A stretch of 64,000 nucleotides of DNA from Antedon mediterranea (GCF_964355755.1 NC_092674.1:25916001-25980000), one strand, 5' to 3'; counted from the stretch's first letter, positions 38,546 through 50,780 are shown. Translations and numbers: made by a program. Notes: generated by a model not told the origin, from the letters alone.

Positions 38546-41158
38546 ATTAATGCATGATATTGTCTTGCATAATGCATATATGCAATATTTATATTATTTT
38601 ATTGTATTTACATAGCAAATGTGTATACTTATGTTTTTAATATGTTATATTAATTTGTTTGGTCCACATCATAGATATTTACACTATGTAAAGGATTTCT
38701 TCAAAAAATTTCCAAATTTCAACCCTTTTCTTTTTCAAAATAACTGGTTACAAACACTCTATAAGGAATTTTTTCGAAAAATTGCCAAAATATCCACTTT
38801 TTAAAATTCAATAATTATGCGATAATATTGCCATATATGCGCATATATTATAGAGCCAAACTAAACTAGTTATGGCAAAAAATAAAGGATCAGGGATTTT
38901 TCATGACATGCGCAGAACCCATTATTCGTCTCTGTGCATGTTTATTATGCAATAGTAAACAACAAAAAATAAAAGGGTCGAAAATTTTCAACTTTTTTAT
39001 TTTTTTTTTTTTTTTTGTCCAAAAAATGGCAAATTTTCGACCTTTTTATTTTTCGATAAAACTTGTTACTATAGCACAATTAACATGCGCAGAACCCATT
39101 AGTCGACTCTGCGCATGTTTATTATGCTATAGTAACCATTTATGCCAAAAGTGGTTACTATACCACAATTGACATGCGTAGAACCCATTATTCGACACTG
39201 CGCATGTTTATTATGCTATAGTAACCATTTATGACAAAAAATAAAAGGGTTGAAAATCGGCCATTTTTCGGAAATTTCCCTGTACTATAGTACAGGGATT
39301 TTTATCAAAAAAATGGCCAATTTTCGACTTTTGTATTTTTCGATAAAACTGGTTACTATAGCACAATTAACATGCGCAGAACCCATTAGTCAACTCTGCG
39401 CATGTTTATTATTCTATACTAACCATTTATGTAAAAAGTGGTTACTATAAGACAATTGACATGGGCAGAACCCATTATTCGTCTCTGCGCATGTTTATTA
39501 TGCAATATTAACCATTTATGTCAAAAAATAAAAGGGTTGAAAATCGGCCATTTTTCGGAAATTTCTCTGTACTATAGTACAGGGATTTTTTTCCAAAAAA
39601 TGACCAATTTTCGACCTTCTTATTTTTCGATAAAACTGGTTACTATAGCACAATTGACATGCGCAGAATCCATTTGTTGACTCTGCGCATGTTTATTATG
39701 CTATAGTAACCATTTATGTCAAAAGAGGTTACTATAGCACAATTGACATGCGCAGAACCCATTATTCGACTCTGCGCATGTTTATTATGCTATAGTAACC
39801 ATTTATGACAAAAAATAAAAGGGTCGAAAATCGGCCATTTTTCGGAAATTTCCCTGTACTATAGTACAGGGATTTTTATCCAAAAAATGGCCAATTTTCG
39901 ACTTTTTTATTTTTCGATAAAACTGGTTACTATAGCACAATTAACATGCGCAGAACCCATTAGTCAACTCTGCGCATGTTTATTATTCTATACTAACCAT
40001 TTATGTAAAAAGTGGTTACTATAGCACAATTGACATGCGCAGAACCCATTATTCGTCTCTGCGCATGTTTATTATGCAATATTAACCATTTATGTCAAAA
40101 AATAAAAGGGTCGAAAATCGGCCATTTTTCGGAAATTTCTCTGTACTTAAGTACAGGGATTTTTTCAAAAAAATGACCAATTTTCGACCTTTTTATTTTT
40201 CGATAAAACTGGTTACTATAGCACAATTAACATGCGCAGAACCCAATAGTTGGCTCTGCGCATGTTTATTATGCTATAGTAATCATTTATGTCAAAAGTG
40301 GTTACTATAGCACAATTGACATGCGCAGAACTCATTATTTGACTCTGCGCATGTTTATTATGCTATAGTAACCATTTATGACAAAAAATAAAAGGGTCGA
40401 AAATCGGCCATTTTTCGGAAATTTCCTTGTATTATAGTACAGGGATTTTTTCAAAAAAAATGGCCAATTTTCGACCTTTTTATTTTTCGATAAAACTGGT
40501 TACTATAGCACAATTAACATGCGCAGAACCCATTAGTCGACTCTGCGCATGTTTATTATACTATAGTAACCATTTATGTCAAAAGTGGTTACTATAGCAC
40601 AATTAACATGCGCAGAACCCATTAGTCGACTCTGCGCATGTTTATTATACTATAGTAACCATTTATGTCAAAAGTGGTTACTATAGCACAATTGACATGT
40701 GCAGAACCCATTATTCGTCTCTGCGCATGTTTATTATGCAATAGTAACCAATTATGTCAAAAAATAAAAGGGTCGAAACCGGCCATTTTTCGGAAATTTC
40801 CCTGTACTACAGTACAGGGATTTTGTCAAAAAAATGGCAAATTTTCGACCTTTTTATTTTTCGATAAAACTGGTTACTATAGCACAATTAACATTCGCAG
40901 AACCCATTAGTCGACTCTGCGCATGTTTATTATGCTATAGTAACCATTTATGTCAAAAGTGGTTACTATAGCACAATTGACATTCGCAGAACCCATCATT
41001 CGTCTCTGCGCATGTTTATTTTGCAATATTAACCATTAATGTCAAAAAATAAAACGGTCGAAAATCGGCCATTTTTCGGAAATTTCTCTGTACTATTAGT
41101 ACAAGGATTTTTGGCCAAAATATCGACTTTGCCATTCAATGCGATAATATTGTCATAT

Positions 41159-41478
41159 ACTTTTCAACCAACCTGCTTACATCCGTCAATTAATCACCTT
41201 TTATGTTCCTGGACGAACTCTTAGTTCATCTGATGATTTTTTACTCTCTGTTCCACGCATAGCCACTAAAACTTTTGGTCATTGATCGTTTTCTTTTGCT
41301 GCACCCACACTCTGGAATTCACTCTCCCCACAAATTAAACACTGCTCTTCTGTTGCATGCCTTATTTGCTCAAAACTCATTTTTTCGACCACTAACATGC
41401 CCAGCGCCTTTGATTTTGTACCTTGGTCTTTGAATTGACGCTTTATAAATTTTGATATAATAATAATAATATAATAAT
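41159..41478 (+). mobile_element. L2-clade LINE 3' fragment inserted in the satellite
   Basis: PRIATKTFG..SFSFAAPTLWNSL, short 3' UTR, (TAA)n tail. Host repeat CATAT|ATGCG resumes afterwards. Second copy at 51005-51322. Confidence 0.88.
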
Positions 41479-41700
41479 ATGCGTATATATTGTGTTATAA
41501 ACATATTATAGAGCCATAGTAACTAGTAATGGCAAAAAATAAAAGGGTCGAAATTTGGCAATTTTTCGAAAATTTCCCTGTACACTATTAGTACAGGGAT
41601 TTTTTCGAAAATTTGCCAAAATATCCACTTTTTAAAATTCAATAATTATGCGATAATATTGCCATATATGCGCATATATTGTTTTATAAACATATTATAG

Positions 41701-42090
41701 ACATAGATATAGATAATACTTTATTGTCACATAATAATCAGCTCCCCGTTACATTCGTAATAAAAAACACCATATAAAAACATCAATACAATTCGATATA
41801 AGTCAAATACATTGTAGGCCTATGTACAATTCATTAAAAGTAATTACAGTAATTATCTTACAAATTGTTTGTTAAAGAGACGAATTGAGGAGGGAATAAT
41901 GGAGTTGTTAAACTTATTTGTTTTTGTCAAAAGATGATGTAGTCTACCAGATCTGCACATAACAAACGAACTATGCAAAGGATGGGCAGAATCAGACATT
42001 ATGACTTTGGCTTCAGCCAACATCAATTCGATACACATGCTATGTACATCCTCAGATTTGGTACCCATAATGTTATCTGCTTTCCTTAGT
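41701..42090 (-). mobile_element. Rex1/Babar-like LINE 3' fragment inserted in the satellite
   Basis: IMSDSAHPLHS..RSGR..TNKFNNSIIPSSIRLFN; AATAAAG plus a TATCTA-type tail. Splits the host motif ATTATAG|GCCATAGTAACTAG. Confidence 0.85.
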
Positions 42091-42754
42091 GCCATAGTAA
42101 CTAGTTATGACAAAAAATAAAATGATGTAAATTTGGCCATTTTTGAAAAAATACTATAATTTAGTATAGGGATTATAATTGTGCCTATAATTATGAGATA
42201 ATATTGCCATTGGGATTTTTTTTTTAATGGCCAAAATATCCACTTTTCAAAATTCAATGATTATGAGATAATATTGCCATATATGCGCATATATTGTGTT
42301 AAAGAGTCATAGTAACTAGTTATGGCAAAAACTAAAATGGTCGAAATTTGGCCATTTTTAGAAAATACTATAATTGTACAGGGTACAAAATTTCGACACT
42401 TTTCTTTTCCGTTACAAAAACTCTATAAGATGACGATAACGCAATATATGCGCATTTAGTAATATTATCGCATAATACTTTTTTTTAATGGATGTTTGCC
42501 AAATTTCAACCCTTTTATTTTGTACTTCGCGAAATTTCGACCCTTTTGTTTTTCGACATTACTGGTTCCTATATACCGGTATCATAAATTGCGCAGATAA
42601 TGTTTTTTGCCCATGTTACCTCAATATTATACATATTTTAAAATGTTGAAATTTGGCCATTTTTCGAAAAAAACATCCCTGCACTATACATTATATAGGC
42701 CTACTACGTATACAAAATGTATTACCCCCTCGTTCGTTTCACGAACACATGTCC

Positions 42755-43030
42755 CCTTACTCCGGGATGTACCCTGGATATAGATGTGTTCCTGGATATA
42801 GAGGTATCCTGGATATAGGGGTATCCCTGTACATGGGGATGTCCCTGGATATAGAAGTGTGCCTGGATATGAGATGTCCCTGGATGTAGGGATATCATTT
42901 GATATAGAAGTGTCCCTTGATATAGGGGTGTTCCTGGAAAAAGACGTGTCCCTGGATATAGAGGTGTCCCTGGATATAGATATATCACTTGATATAGAAT
43001 TGTCCCCGGATGTAGAGGGGAGTTCCAAAG
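42755..43030. repeat. 18-bp tandem array GTGTCCCTGGATATAGAG (Tc1/mariner-pogo-like subterminal motif)
   Basis: About 14 imperfect units; the same motif occurs at 44010-44190. Confidence 0.8.
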
Positions 43031-44009
43031 AATGGTTCCTTTATGCCTACAGTTGTATCAACGTATAATCGAAACTTCTATTCAGTCCTATTTTGAAAAA
43101 CAATGGTTCTATATTATGTAAATAAATTATATGTGAACTGAAAAGAGTGCTTAATAATTAGATACAAAAAGGCAGATTAACTTACAAACATTCAGCTCTG
43201 TTTGAAAAAACAACTAATGAAAAAGTGAAGACGCATGCGCATAATGCACTGCTTTAGATTCGAATAAGCTTAAAGCGGTATATCCAACACCCGGGTTCAA
43301 CAGCTCAACGAGTAAAACGTACGTCGTGCAGTATCACGGAGTTAACAAACAAGGTAAGTGGTTCGATTCTTTCTCTAACCATGTAACTAAGTTCTTCTTT
43401 CAGCTTAAAAAAATCGCAAAAACGCCCTACGGAAAAAAAACGCGAAAACGCTCTATCGAAAAAATAACGCGAAACCATCCACGTGAAAATAAAAAAACCA
43501 CAAAAAAACATGAAAACATTCTTTTTAATATAATTGACAGGGTTATTTTTATTTTCACTCAAGGTGAATATCCTTTTATAATTAAATAAAATGTTTTGGT
43601 AATTTTCTTGTAGAAGGCCAGAGGGTTACATAAACAAATCATGACCTGTGAAAATTATATAGTGACGTAGATGGAGCCGGTAATCCAGGCGTCTGTGTTA
43701 CCAATAAAGTAATTCCTCTTTGAAAATATGATTTTAACAAATTATTGAATTTGTTGAGATTAAATAACAACGTTTTTAGAAAATGTATATTTATATGGAT
43801 ATCAGTATCACGGTGTTGGTTATATACTCTTTAATGAAATTAAACGCAATGAAATATGAACTCCACCTTGCAATCTATGATGTCCTAAGGACTATTTTAA
43901 AATCAGACAGTACAGTAATACGTTTCATGGTGATGACTTATGGAATGTAGAGTAGTAGAAGATATGCGATAGGCAGGAATTGTGTGAAAACAACGTTTAA
44001 CACATTTTG

Positions 44010-44190
44010 AGAACTATTAAGGGACACCTCTATATCCAGGGACACTCTTATATTGAGGGACACCACTATATCCAGGGACACTCCTATATTCAGGACATAT
44101 CATATCCAGGAACACCTCTATATCCAAGAACACATCTAGTGATGTGTCCCTGGATATAGAGGTTTCTCTGGATATAGATCCAGGGACACT
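44010..44190. mobile_element. MITE-like element with expanded 18-bp subterminal units
   Basis: CTATTAAGGGACACCTCTATATCCAGGGACAC... then inverted GTGTCCCTGGATATAGAGGTTTCTCTG. Confidence 0.6.
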
Positions 44191-44242
44191 CTTATATTTT
44201 TACCACAATGTCAAAAAGAACCGCTCGCGTCTCGTCACCCTA

Positions 44243-44800
44243 TGGTTTCATCCATCATCAGGAGCAGGCGACTACAAGCTTTCTCCAGCCACAACGGTGC
44301 TTGGCTAACTCTGACAGCTTATCAGTTGTAATCATGCCTCCTTCATCCCCTAAAAGCTGTTGGATGTATTTCAGAAAGTTGGTTTTCTGCCTTCCTCGTT
44401 TTCTTTTCCCATGTTGAGGAACATACAGAGCGTACTATAGGCCTACTCTTTGCATGGTTCGTCATCAGGCATTCGAAGCGCGTGACCCAGGAACTTTAAT
44501 TGACGGGATATTTTCCACTAGCGGTCTGGTCTTGGTTAGGTCATAGATAGAAGCATTTGGCACCCTATCTGTTCTCTTGATATTTAGCATGATTCTATAG
44601 CATGAAGTGCTAAAGGCGTTGATTTCACTTTCCATCGCCTTAGAGAGGACCCAAGACTCGCAGCCATACACAAGGACAGTAACACAGGTTGTATTGTATA
44701 GCTTTACTTTGGTGGAGATTGGGATGTTAAAACATCTCCACAAACGCTTCCAAAATGCTGTCCAGGCAAGACCCTTTCTTCTTTTCCTATGGTTTAGCAT
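44243..44800 (-). mobile_element. RTE-clade LINE 3' fragment
   Basis: AWTAFWK..TKVKLYNTTCVTVLVYGCESW..CYRIML; HGKRKRGRQK; WRKLVVACS*; (GAT)n-type tail. Confidence 0.88.
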
Positions 44801-45949
44801 CAGCCTAATTGGAATTGTTAAACTTTGTCTATAGGTCCGTTGAGTTGTCATCATTCTTAATTACTTATTGACGAGGAAGGGAAATGTGCAAATAAAGTAG
44901 GAATGAATTAAAAGCGTTGTATTCTATTTGATATCATACGCAATAAATAAGTTCAATTATACTTTATTCAATATTTGATATAAATAAATATTAATATCTT
45001 AAATAACATTAGAAGATACAATATTCCATATAGTTGATATTGCCAATATCTTTATTGCACGATACAACAATGTTAGATAACAAAAAATTTATAAATTGTT
45101 ATTGCAAATGTATAAGATTATTTTTACTCAAATTACATAGTAATATATTAAACATTGGTTATGGATAATTGATTTAAGCTTGTATGTATTAATATAAAAT
45201 CGAAGATACAGTAGCTATGTTTTATTTTCAGTTTAACGTTTTAGCGAATGTGATCACATTTTATAGTTACATGCTATGTTTTAATGTTGCATGTAACAAA
45301 TATTGAAAACATTCAAAGTGTACAGGCACGGTTACAGTAGGGTATGACGAATTGAATTCAATACATTTATATTTTTTTTTTACAATTTTGCGTCATTTTT
45401 CTCTAAAACTTACAATTGCATTGAACATACCGTTTGGCGTAAGTAATCTCACATACTTTGCAGCTATAAATTACATGTTAAAAGAATAACTTATATACGT
45501 CACATTTTAAAACAATTTTAAAAGTATACCGGAAAAAATATTAGTTACGGTATAAATACCATTGATTTTACAATAGTTCTTAATTATCTCAAGTATAGGA
45601 CCTCCAATTAAAGACAATTTTATTTATGAATTTATAAACCACATAAAAATGTTGTAATTGGACAAGACCATAATTAGTGTCAAAATTCGGCATTCCACCG
45701 AAAATTCAGTATGTCTTAAAAATTAATCTATTATTATAATGATAATAGATTTGCTATTATTACAGTATTAAGCCAACTTAATAGCAAGGAACATACCAGT
45801 ACATGCCTCTATCATCTTGTTAAATCATTTTAATACAACATTGCCATTCCCTTATTATATTTAAAAGACTAAACATTTAACAATTAAAATCATCTAACTT
45901 ATCTTTACTGGAAATAAAAAAAATCTAGTAACGCACATAGCCATACTCT

Positions 45950-46055
45950 TAAATCGGCGCAAGGGCGTAAGTAATTTGACCAATCACGACGCGATGGATC
46001 ATCATACATCATGTCATGATTGGTCATATTTCGTCGACGTCATCGTCACTAGATT
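45950..46055. mobile_element. Family-B-related MITE remnant in the inferred 3' UTR of GPCR2
   Basis: GACCAATCACGACGCGATGG...GATTGGTC; inverted relative to 46613-46735. Confidence 0.65.
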
Positions 46056-46086
46056 TTTATTCTTCCTCTACGTCCTTGGGGTATTA

Positions 46087-46278
46087 AGCCTGTTTTCTTG
46101 TCGACGTTATATATTGAGCGTTAAAATTTCAACGACGATCGTTTTAAAACGATCAAGTTGGAATGATAACGATAGCGAGTACCTTTTCCTGTAAATCGTT
46201 AACATTTTAATGTTTACGTAGGAGATCGCCGATTATTGTTAACGATAGCGTCAAATAACGTCGACAGGAAAACAGGCT
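46087..46278. mobile_element. PIF/Harbinger-type MITE (192 bp)
   Basis: TTA|AGCCTGTTTTCTTGTCGACGTTAT...ATAACGTCGACAGGAAAACAGGCT|TCA (23/24 TIR match). Confidence 0.85.
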
Positions 46279-46346
46279 TCAGGTAGTGGAAGCTTAACAC
46301 TTGCAAATAAACATTTTAAGATATTAGGCTTACATACTTAGTATTG

Positions 46347-46498
46347 CTATACACTTGTTATACACGCGTTAGAGCGTAAGGAGTTGACGCGTTCAGCGTG
46401 GCTATGGGAACAACCGGAATCTGTCACCTCTTGAAGATCTTCGTTAGGACATTCATCATAAATGGCGCCATCACTCGGTCTTGATTTCGAATGCGGAG
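46347..46498 (-). CDS. Prostanoid-receptor-like GPCR, predicted terminal coding exon (not in the ORF track)
   Basis: Acceptor TTTTTTGTAATGTTAG|CT. Phase-1 join gives (A)PHSKSRPSDGAIYDECPNEDLQEVTDSGCSHSHAERVNSLRSNACITSV*. GC-richer island in AT-rich flanks. Confidence 0.65.
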
Positions 46499-46612
46499 CT
46501 AACATTACAAAAAAAAGCCAATATGAATGATATACTAAATTATTATTGAATTAACCATCATGACGTCACATGTTTAAGTTATAACAGTGTGGCTACAATG
46601 TGTTTGTAACCT

Positions 46613-46735
46613 TGAGCTTGGTTCCCACTGAACGAAGCAACGCAACGACGTAGGAGCAACGCAGGTGAGTTGACCAATCATAAACAATCGTTCGGATGAC
46701 CCATCGCGTCGTGATTGGTAAAATTTCTTACGCGG
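46613..46735. mobile_element. Family-B-related MITE, right end lost
   Basis: AGCTTGGTTCCCACTGAACG...GACCAATC...GATTGG. Confidence 0.7.
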
Positions 46736-47916
46736 GGCATTCTTAAAGTGTATGCGTTTTGTTTGTGTTATGTATAATATCATTAATAATATAAGAATCT
46801 TAGCTATTTGATTTCTTGTTTATCATCTTATTTTATATTTCGCTTATAACCCCACGAGCTTAGCTTAAGACCCTCGATCAGAATAACCTTATTATTTCTA
46901 CTCGTAAAACGGTATATCGCTCTACTATAATATACAGATATAACAAGATATAAAAAATCTACAGATCCATATAAAAAAAAATAACACGATCAAAAAACAT
47001 AAGTTTACACGAACATTCAAAGTGTTTCAGATATGCGTGTAAACTTATTTATAATTAGATTGCCATAAACCATATTCAATAATCGAATTAAACATTCAAA
47101 ATTAGTACAAAAAGGAGTACGAGAGTCGTGGAAAAAAAACAGAGTTTACCAATTTTAGAAAAGTCCGTGATTAATAATAAACGTTTTTGAACGATCGGAT
47201 TTTAACAATAGGAATACCAAACTCGCGGCGTTTTCTAAGATTATATAGAGCAGAAGGAGCCTCCGGCAACAAAAATGATTCAATCCGTTATCCGATTTAC
47301 ATATTTATATCCAGTACAATTCTGAATAAAAATATTATTTCATAACCGTTCGTTTTTTACACATCCTTGATAGATAGTTTTTTATAGGCTTACAGAATAT
47401 AGTGGATGGGGAAGAGAATGTCCTGGCCTAGACAAAAGACAAATGGCAATTATCACGTGATATAGACATGTCAACAAGTAGGCCGATGTCAGTACCAGAC
47501 TGAATACTAAGCTCATTAGTTCCAATCAAGGGATTAAAATATCGTGCTAGTTCGCACATTCTTTAATTAAGCGAAAGAAATAATGTACTGATGATGTAAA
47601 TGTTAATGTGTTTTGAATTGAGAGTTTGATTGCAGACAGATTTTGTTAAATCTAAAATGAAAAAAAAAACATTCTGTAACCATGAAGGAATTAGTGTAAA
47701 CTAAGTCATGCTATAACAAAAGCAATCCGATTGGTCAGTTTTGAAGAAATCTAGATATTTTTTGATTCCTCGTTTGTTTCTACAGTATCAAGCAACGTGC
47801 GAAGACGCCTAGCCTTCTTATACATAAATCATGTAGCGCCACCTATCAATTAAAAACTTTTCTTATTGATAGTTGGCGCTATTGACATTAAATTTTGACA
47901 ACCATACTAACCGTAC

Positions 47917-48130
47917 CAGGAAGAAGTTCCATTGATCGTAGTCCATCTCTTTCTTTACATGCGCACTTGAAAGCATTCACTACCGTCTTTCTGTAACCTT
48001 TTCTAAATGATTTACTCATTATAACGCACACCAAAGGGTTTATAATAGGATCACAACCTGCTAACGATATGGTCATCATGTCGAAAATACAGTTATCCCA
48101 GTTCAAGTAATGTTTTAGAAGAACTTTAAC
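47917..48130 (-). CDS. Prostanoid-receptor-like GPCR, coding exon 2 (end of TM6, TM7, helix 8)
   Basis: Acceptor (T)nAAG|GTT, phase 0. VKVLL..DMMTISLAGCDPIINPLVCVIMSKSFRK. Donors CTG|GTACGG (47917) and ACG|GTTAGT (47912). Unspliced frame stops at 47888. Confidence 0.85.
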
Positions 48131-49180
48131 CTTAAAAAAAAAAAGAAATACAGACATACTATTACAGCAGGAGTATTATGCCGTGATGTCAATATAACTA
48201 TTACAAAGTAACGACATCAAGATAAATTCATTGGTACTTAATGTACAACATCAATTACTTGTTACAATGCATAACTAGGGAGGTATAAAAATACATTCTT
48301 CATAGTTTAACGTCCCGTCACGTACACCGCTGAACAATGGATACCCAGCTTGTACCGTTGGCCAAAGGGGTATGATAGAAAATTAAAAACGTCATTGTTA
48401 TAACATGGTTATAATGATAAAGATGATGCTGTTCCTGTCAACATAATTGTACCCATTTATCGACAATAATAAATGAATTTTTTCTGCGCCCTTTTTTACT
48501 CAAGGCGGATTTGGACGGACGTTTGTAATTTTGGTTTCTCAACAAAAAAATCTAGGCCTAAGTTTTCACATTGTGGGACTACTGTGCAGTGTGTTCCATC
48601 TGAGCGTATAATTCCTAATAGGTGTTTGTGAAATATTGTCAGAGCCTAGGTTGCGATCGACTTTACGAATCCTAGACATATTTAAAAAGATTACCAATGT
48701 CGAAAAATGTGCAAAATAAGCAGATGTTTAGGAGGAGTGCCTTCACGCGTATGTTTTCTAACAGCTTTCCTTTTCATAATCTATCAGATTAAAAATTAAT
48801 TCTTTGCGTTGCGACGAAGGTCATACAGAAAACCATAATGCCAATCTCCAACTATTAACGGTAAGAAGGCACTGTGTGGTGGGGTGGCCAGTTCCTTTCT
48901 ACGCCGCATTATCTTCCCTAGTTTTTCAAATTATCATAATTTATTATTATGAACTTAGAAGAGAAATAAATGTAACTTGTAACTTGATTTGAACCAGCTA
49001 CTCATACAGTTAAGAATTGGAGATTTCCCTTATCGGCAATTGAATCCGGGGGTTTTTTTTGTATGATAGTTATAGTACTGTCCCAACCATTTGGCTCAAA
49101 TCCAACTTTATCAATGTTATTTTAACTATTTGTTTTTGTAGCAATGTAAAAGGACACAATATATAACACTTGAATGCTAA

Positions 49181-49346
49181 AGCTCTGTTTACACTATCAA
49201 ATTTATGTGGAAAAAAATGTGATGTTCACATAATATGGACATGATGATGTCATATCACTACCGTATGTATAGGCCTACATACCACTACCATATTTGGGCA
49301 CATTACACTTTTCTTGTCAAACTAGTTTGATAGTGTAGACAGAGCT
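49181..49346. mobile_element. MITE family A, copy 6
   Basis: TAA|AGCTCTGTTTACACTATCAAA...TTTGATAGTGTAGACAGAGCT; carries an internal TAGGCCTA absent from other copies. Confidence 0.88.
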
Positions 49347-50780
49347 TTTGAACTGGTGTTCATTGTCAGTCGACTGATTGATGATGTTTAGCCATTACTT
49401 ATATTAATGACGTCATTTCTCGAGTTTCTCAACAATTTCGTTGGAAATTAAAATTACATTTACATAAATTATATTACATCAAAAGGTAAATAAATAGACC
49501 GTCATACTGTACGTTAAAATACCTTAGATAAAGAAGTCGGTTAAAAGACATCGTTCAAAACATTTACTGAATAAATTACTTTGGTAAATCTACTGCAACA
49601 CTTAAGGTAATTAAATCCATTCATTACAACAGGGATATCTTTTGATTTTGGATGAGGTTTATATATTAATTTGATACAAACTTTCTTTTCCATGGTCATA
49701 ATTAGTGTATATCGTAATGTTTATGAGTTGCACGGGTTAAGATTGCCAAAGCCGAGTCAATTAAAACAATCATACCTTTAAAGAATAAACATTCAATAAT
49801 AACAAAGATTCACAGTTAGAGAAAGTAAACTTTTCTTTAATTAAGCAACAGCTTGAAACGGTGGCTCTGGGACTTTAGCCGCGGATTAGAACCGTTATAG
49901 ACGGCACACACTATCGGTTGGTATTCTGATTCAAACCATTTCACCGGCCTAGCGCGTCGCACACACTTTTTACAAAACCGTGCAATCGTGTGAATTGGGG
50001 AAAATACTAATGCACAGCACCCTGATATAGAATTAACCAATCAAAGACCAGCCGGCCGCGGGTTTGATATCCAATCGGTTATATAGTGTCAAATTCTCTT
50101 AAAGGTTCCTCAAAACTGCGTCAAACATTATTGCTAATTCTTATCTAACTATTATCGGATTTCCCTGTCTAACATTTTGAGGCAAGTATTATAAAGACAC
50201 CCCTCCCATCAACCCCCACAACACCTCCCAATAACCCCCCATACCCACCACCGTTCCTAACCAAACTGTGACTGACATGTGCAAAATGTAATGATCCCGT
50301 TTCCAATGTTTCTGTTACTAATGTTTTGAATATATGCCTAAGGTAAACTTATTCATCAGAGGATTAAACAGCAACAACTTGAAATAAAAAATATGTTTGA
50401 TATAAATCATTCAAGGTAGCCGATTAATTAAAAGTCCGGGAGACGTTTTTCAAAGAAATGAAGCAGCAAAGGTAAATGACCCGAATTCATATCAATTAAC
50501 AATAATACATTTAATCCTAATAAATACAAGTTTTTATAGAAAATGATTAAACGCTGTCCGAATATGAATACAACTTGGCCTAGGTATCCATCACTGTCGC
50601 CACTCAGACAAGGATGTGGGCAGGTAAACGGGATAACTAGCCAAAACTTACCGTGTGAATTTATATAGATTAAATTACTCTAACATCCCACCCTTGTGTG
50701 CTATCTATAATGTGTTATTGTTTAAAAGGGTTTCGTGTACACACCACGAAAACGATGTAGATGTTTAATGATTATCGTAG

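Larger units (their letters stand above)
38680..42690. repeat. Palindrome-built satellite / tandem MITE array: 287-bp period in the core (about 38900-41100) with degenerate flanks
   Basis: Unit markers at 39241, 39528, 39815, 40102, 40388, 40764 (one extra 89-bp module) and 41049. Each unit is two 74-nt hairpins plus a ~110-bp palindrome centred on CCCTGTACTA|TAGTACAGGG. Confidence 0.93.

Noticed and set aside
38900-41110. CRISPR-like array of palindromic repeats
   Set aside because: The intervening sequences are themselves repeated rather than unique spacers, there are no cas genes, and the context is eukaryotic.
42653-43068. Overlapping repetitive ORFs (SRDTSI / YPGTPL / LDIEVS)
   Set aside because: Translations of the 18-bp tandem array on both strands.
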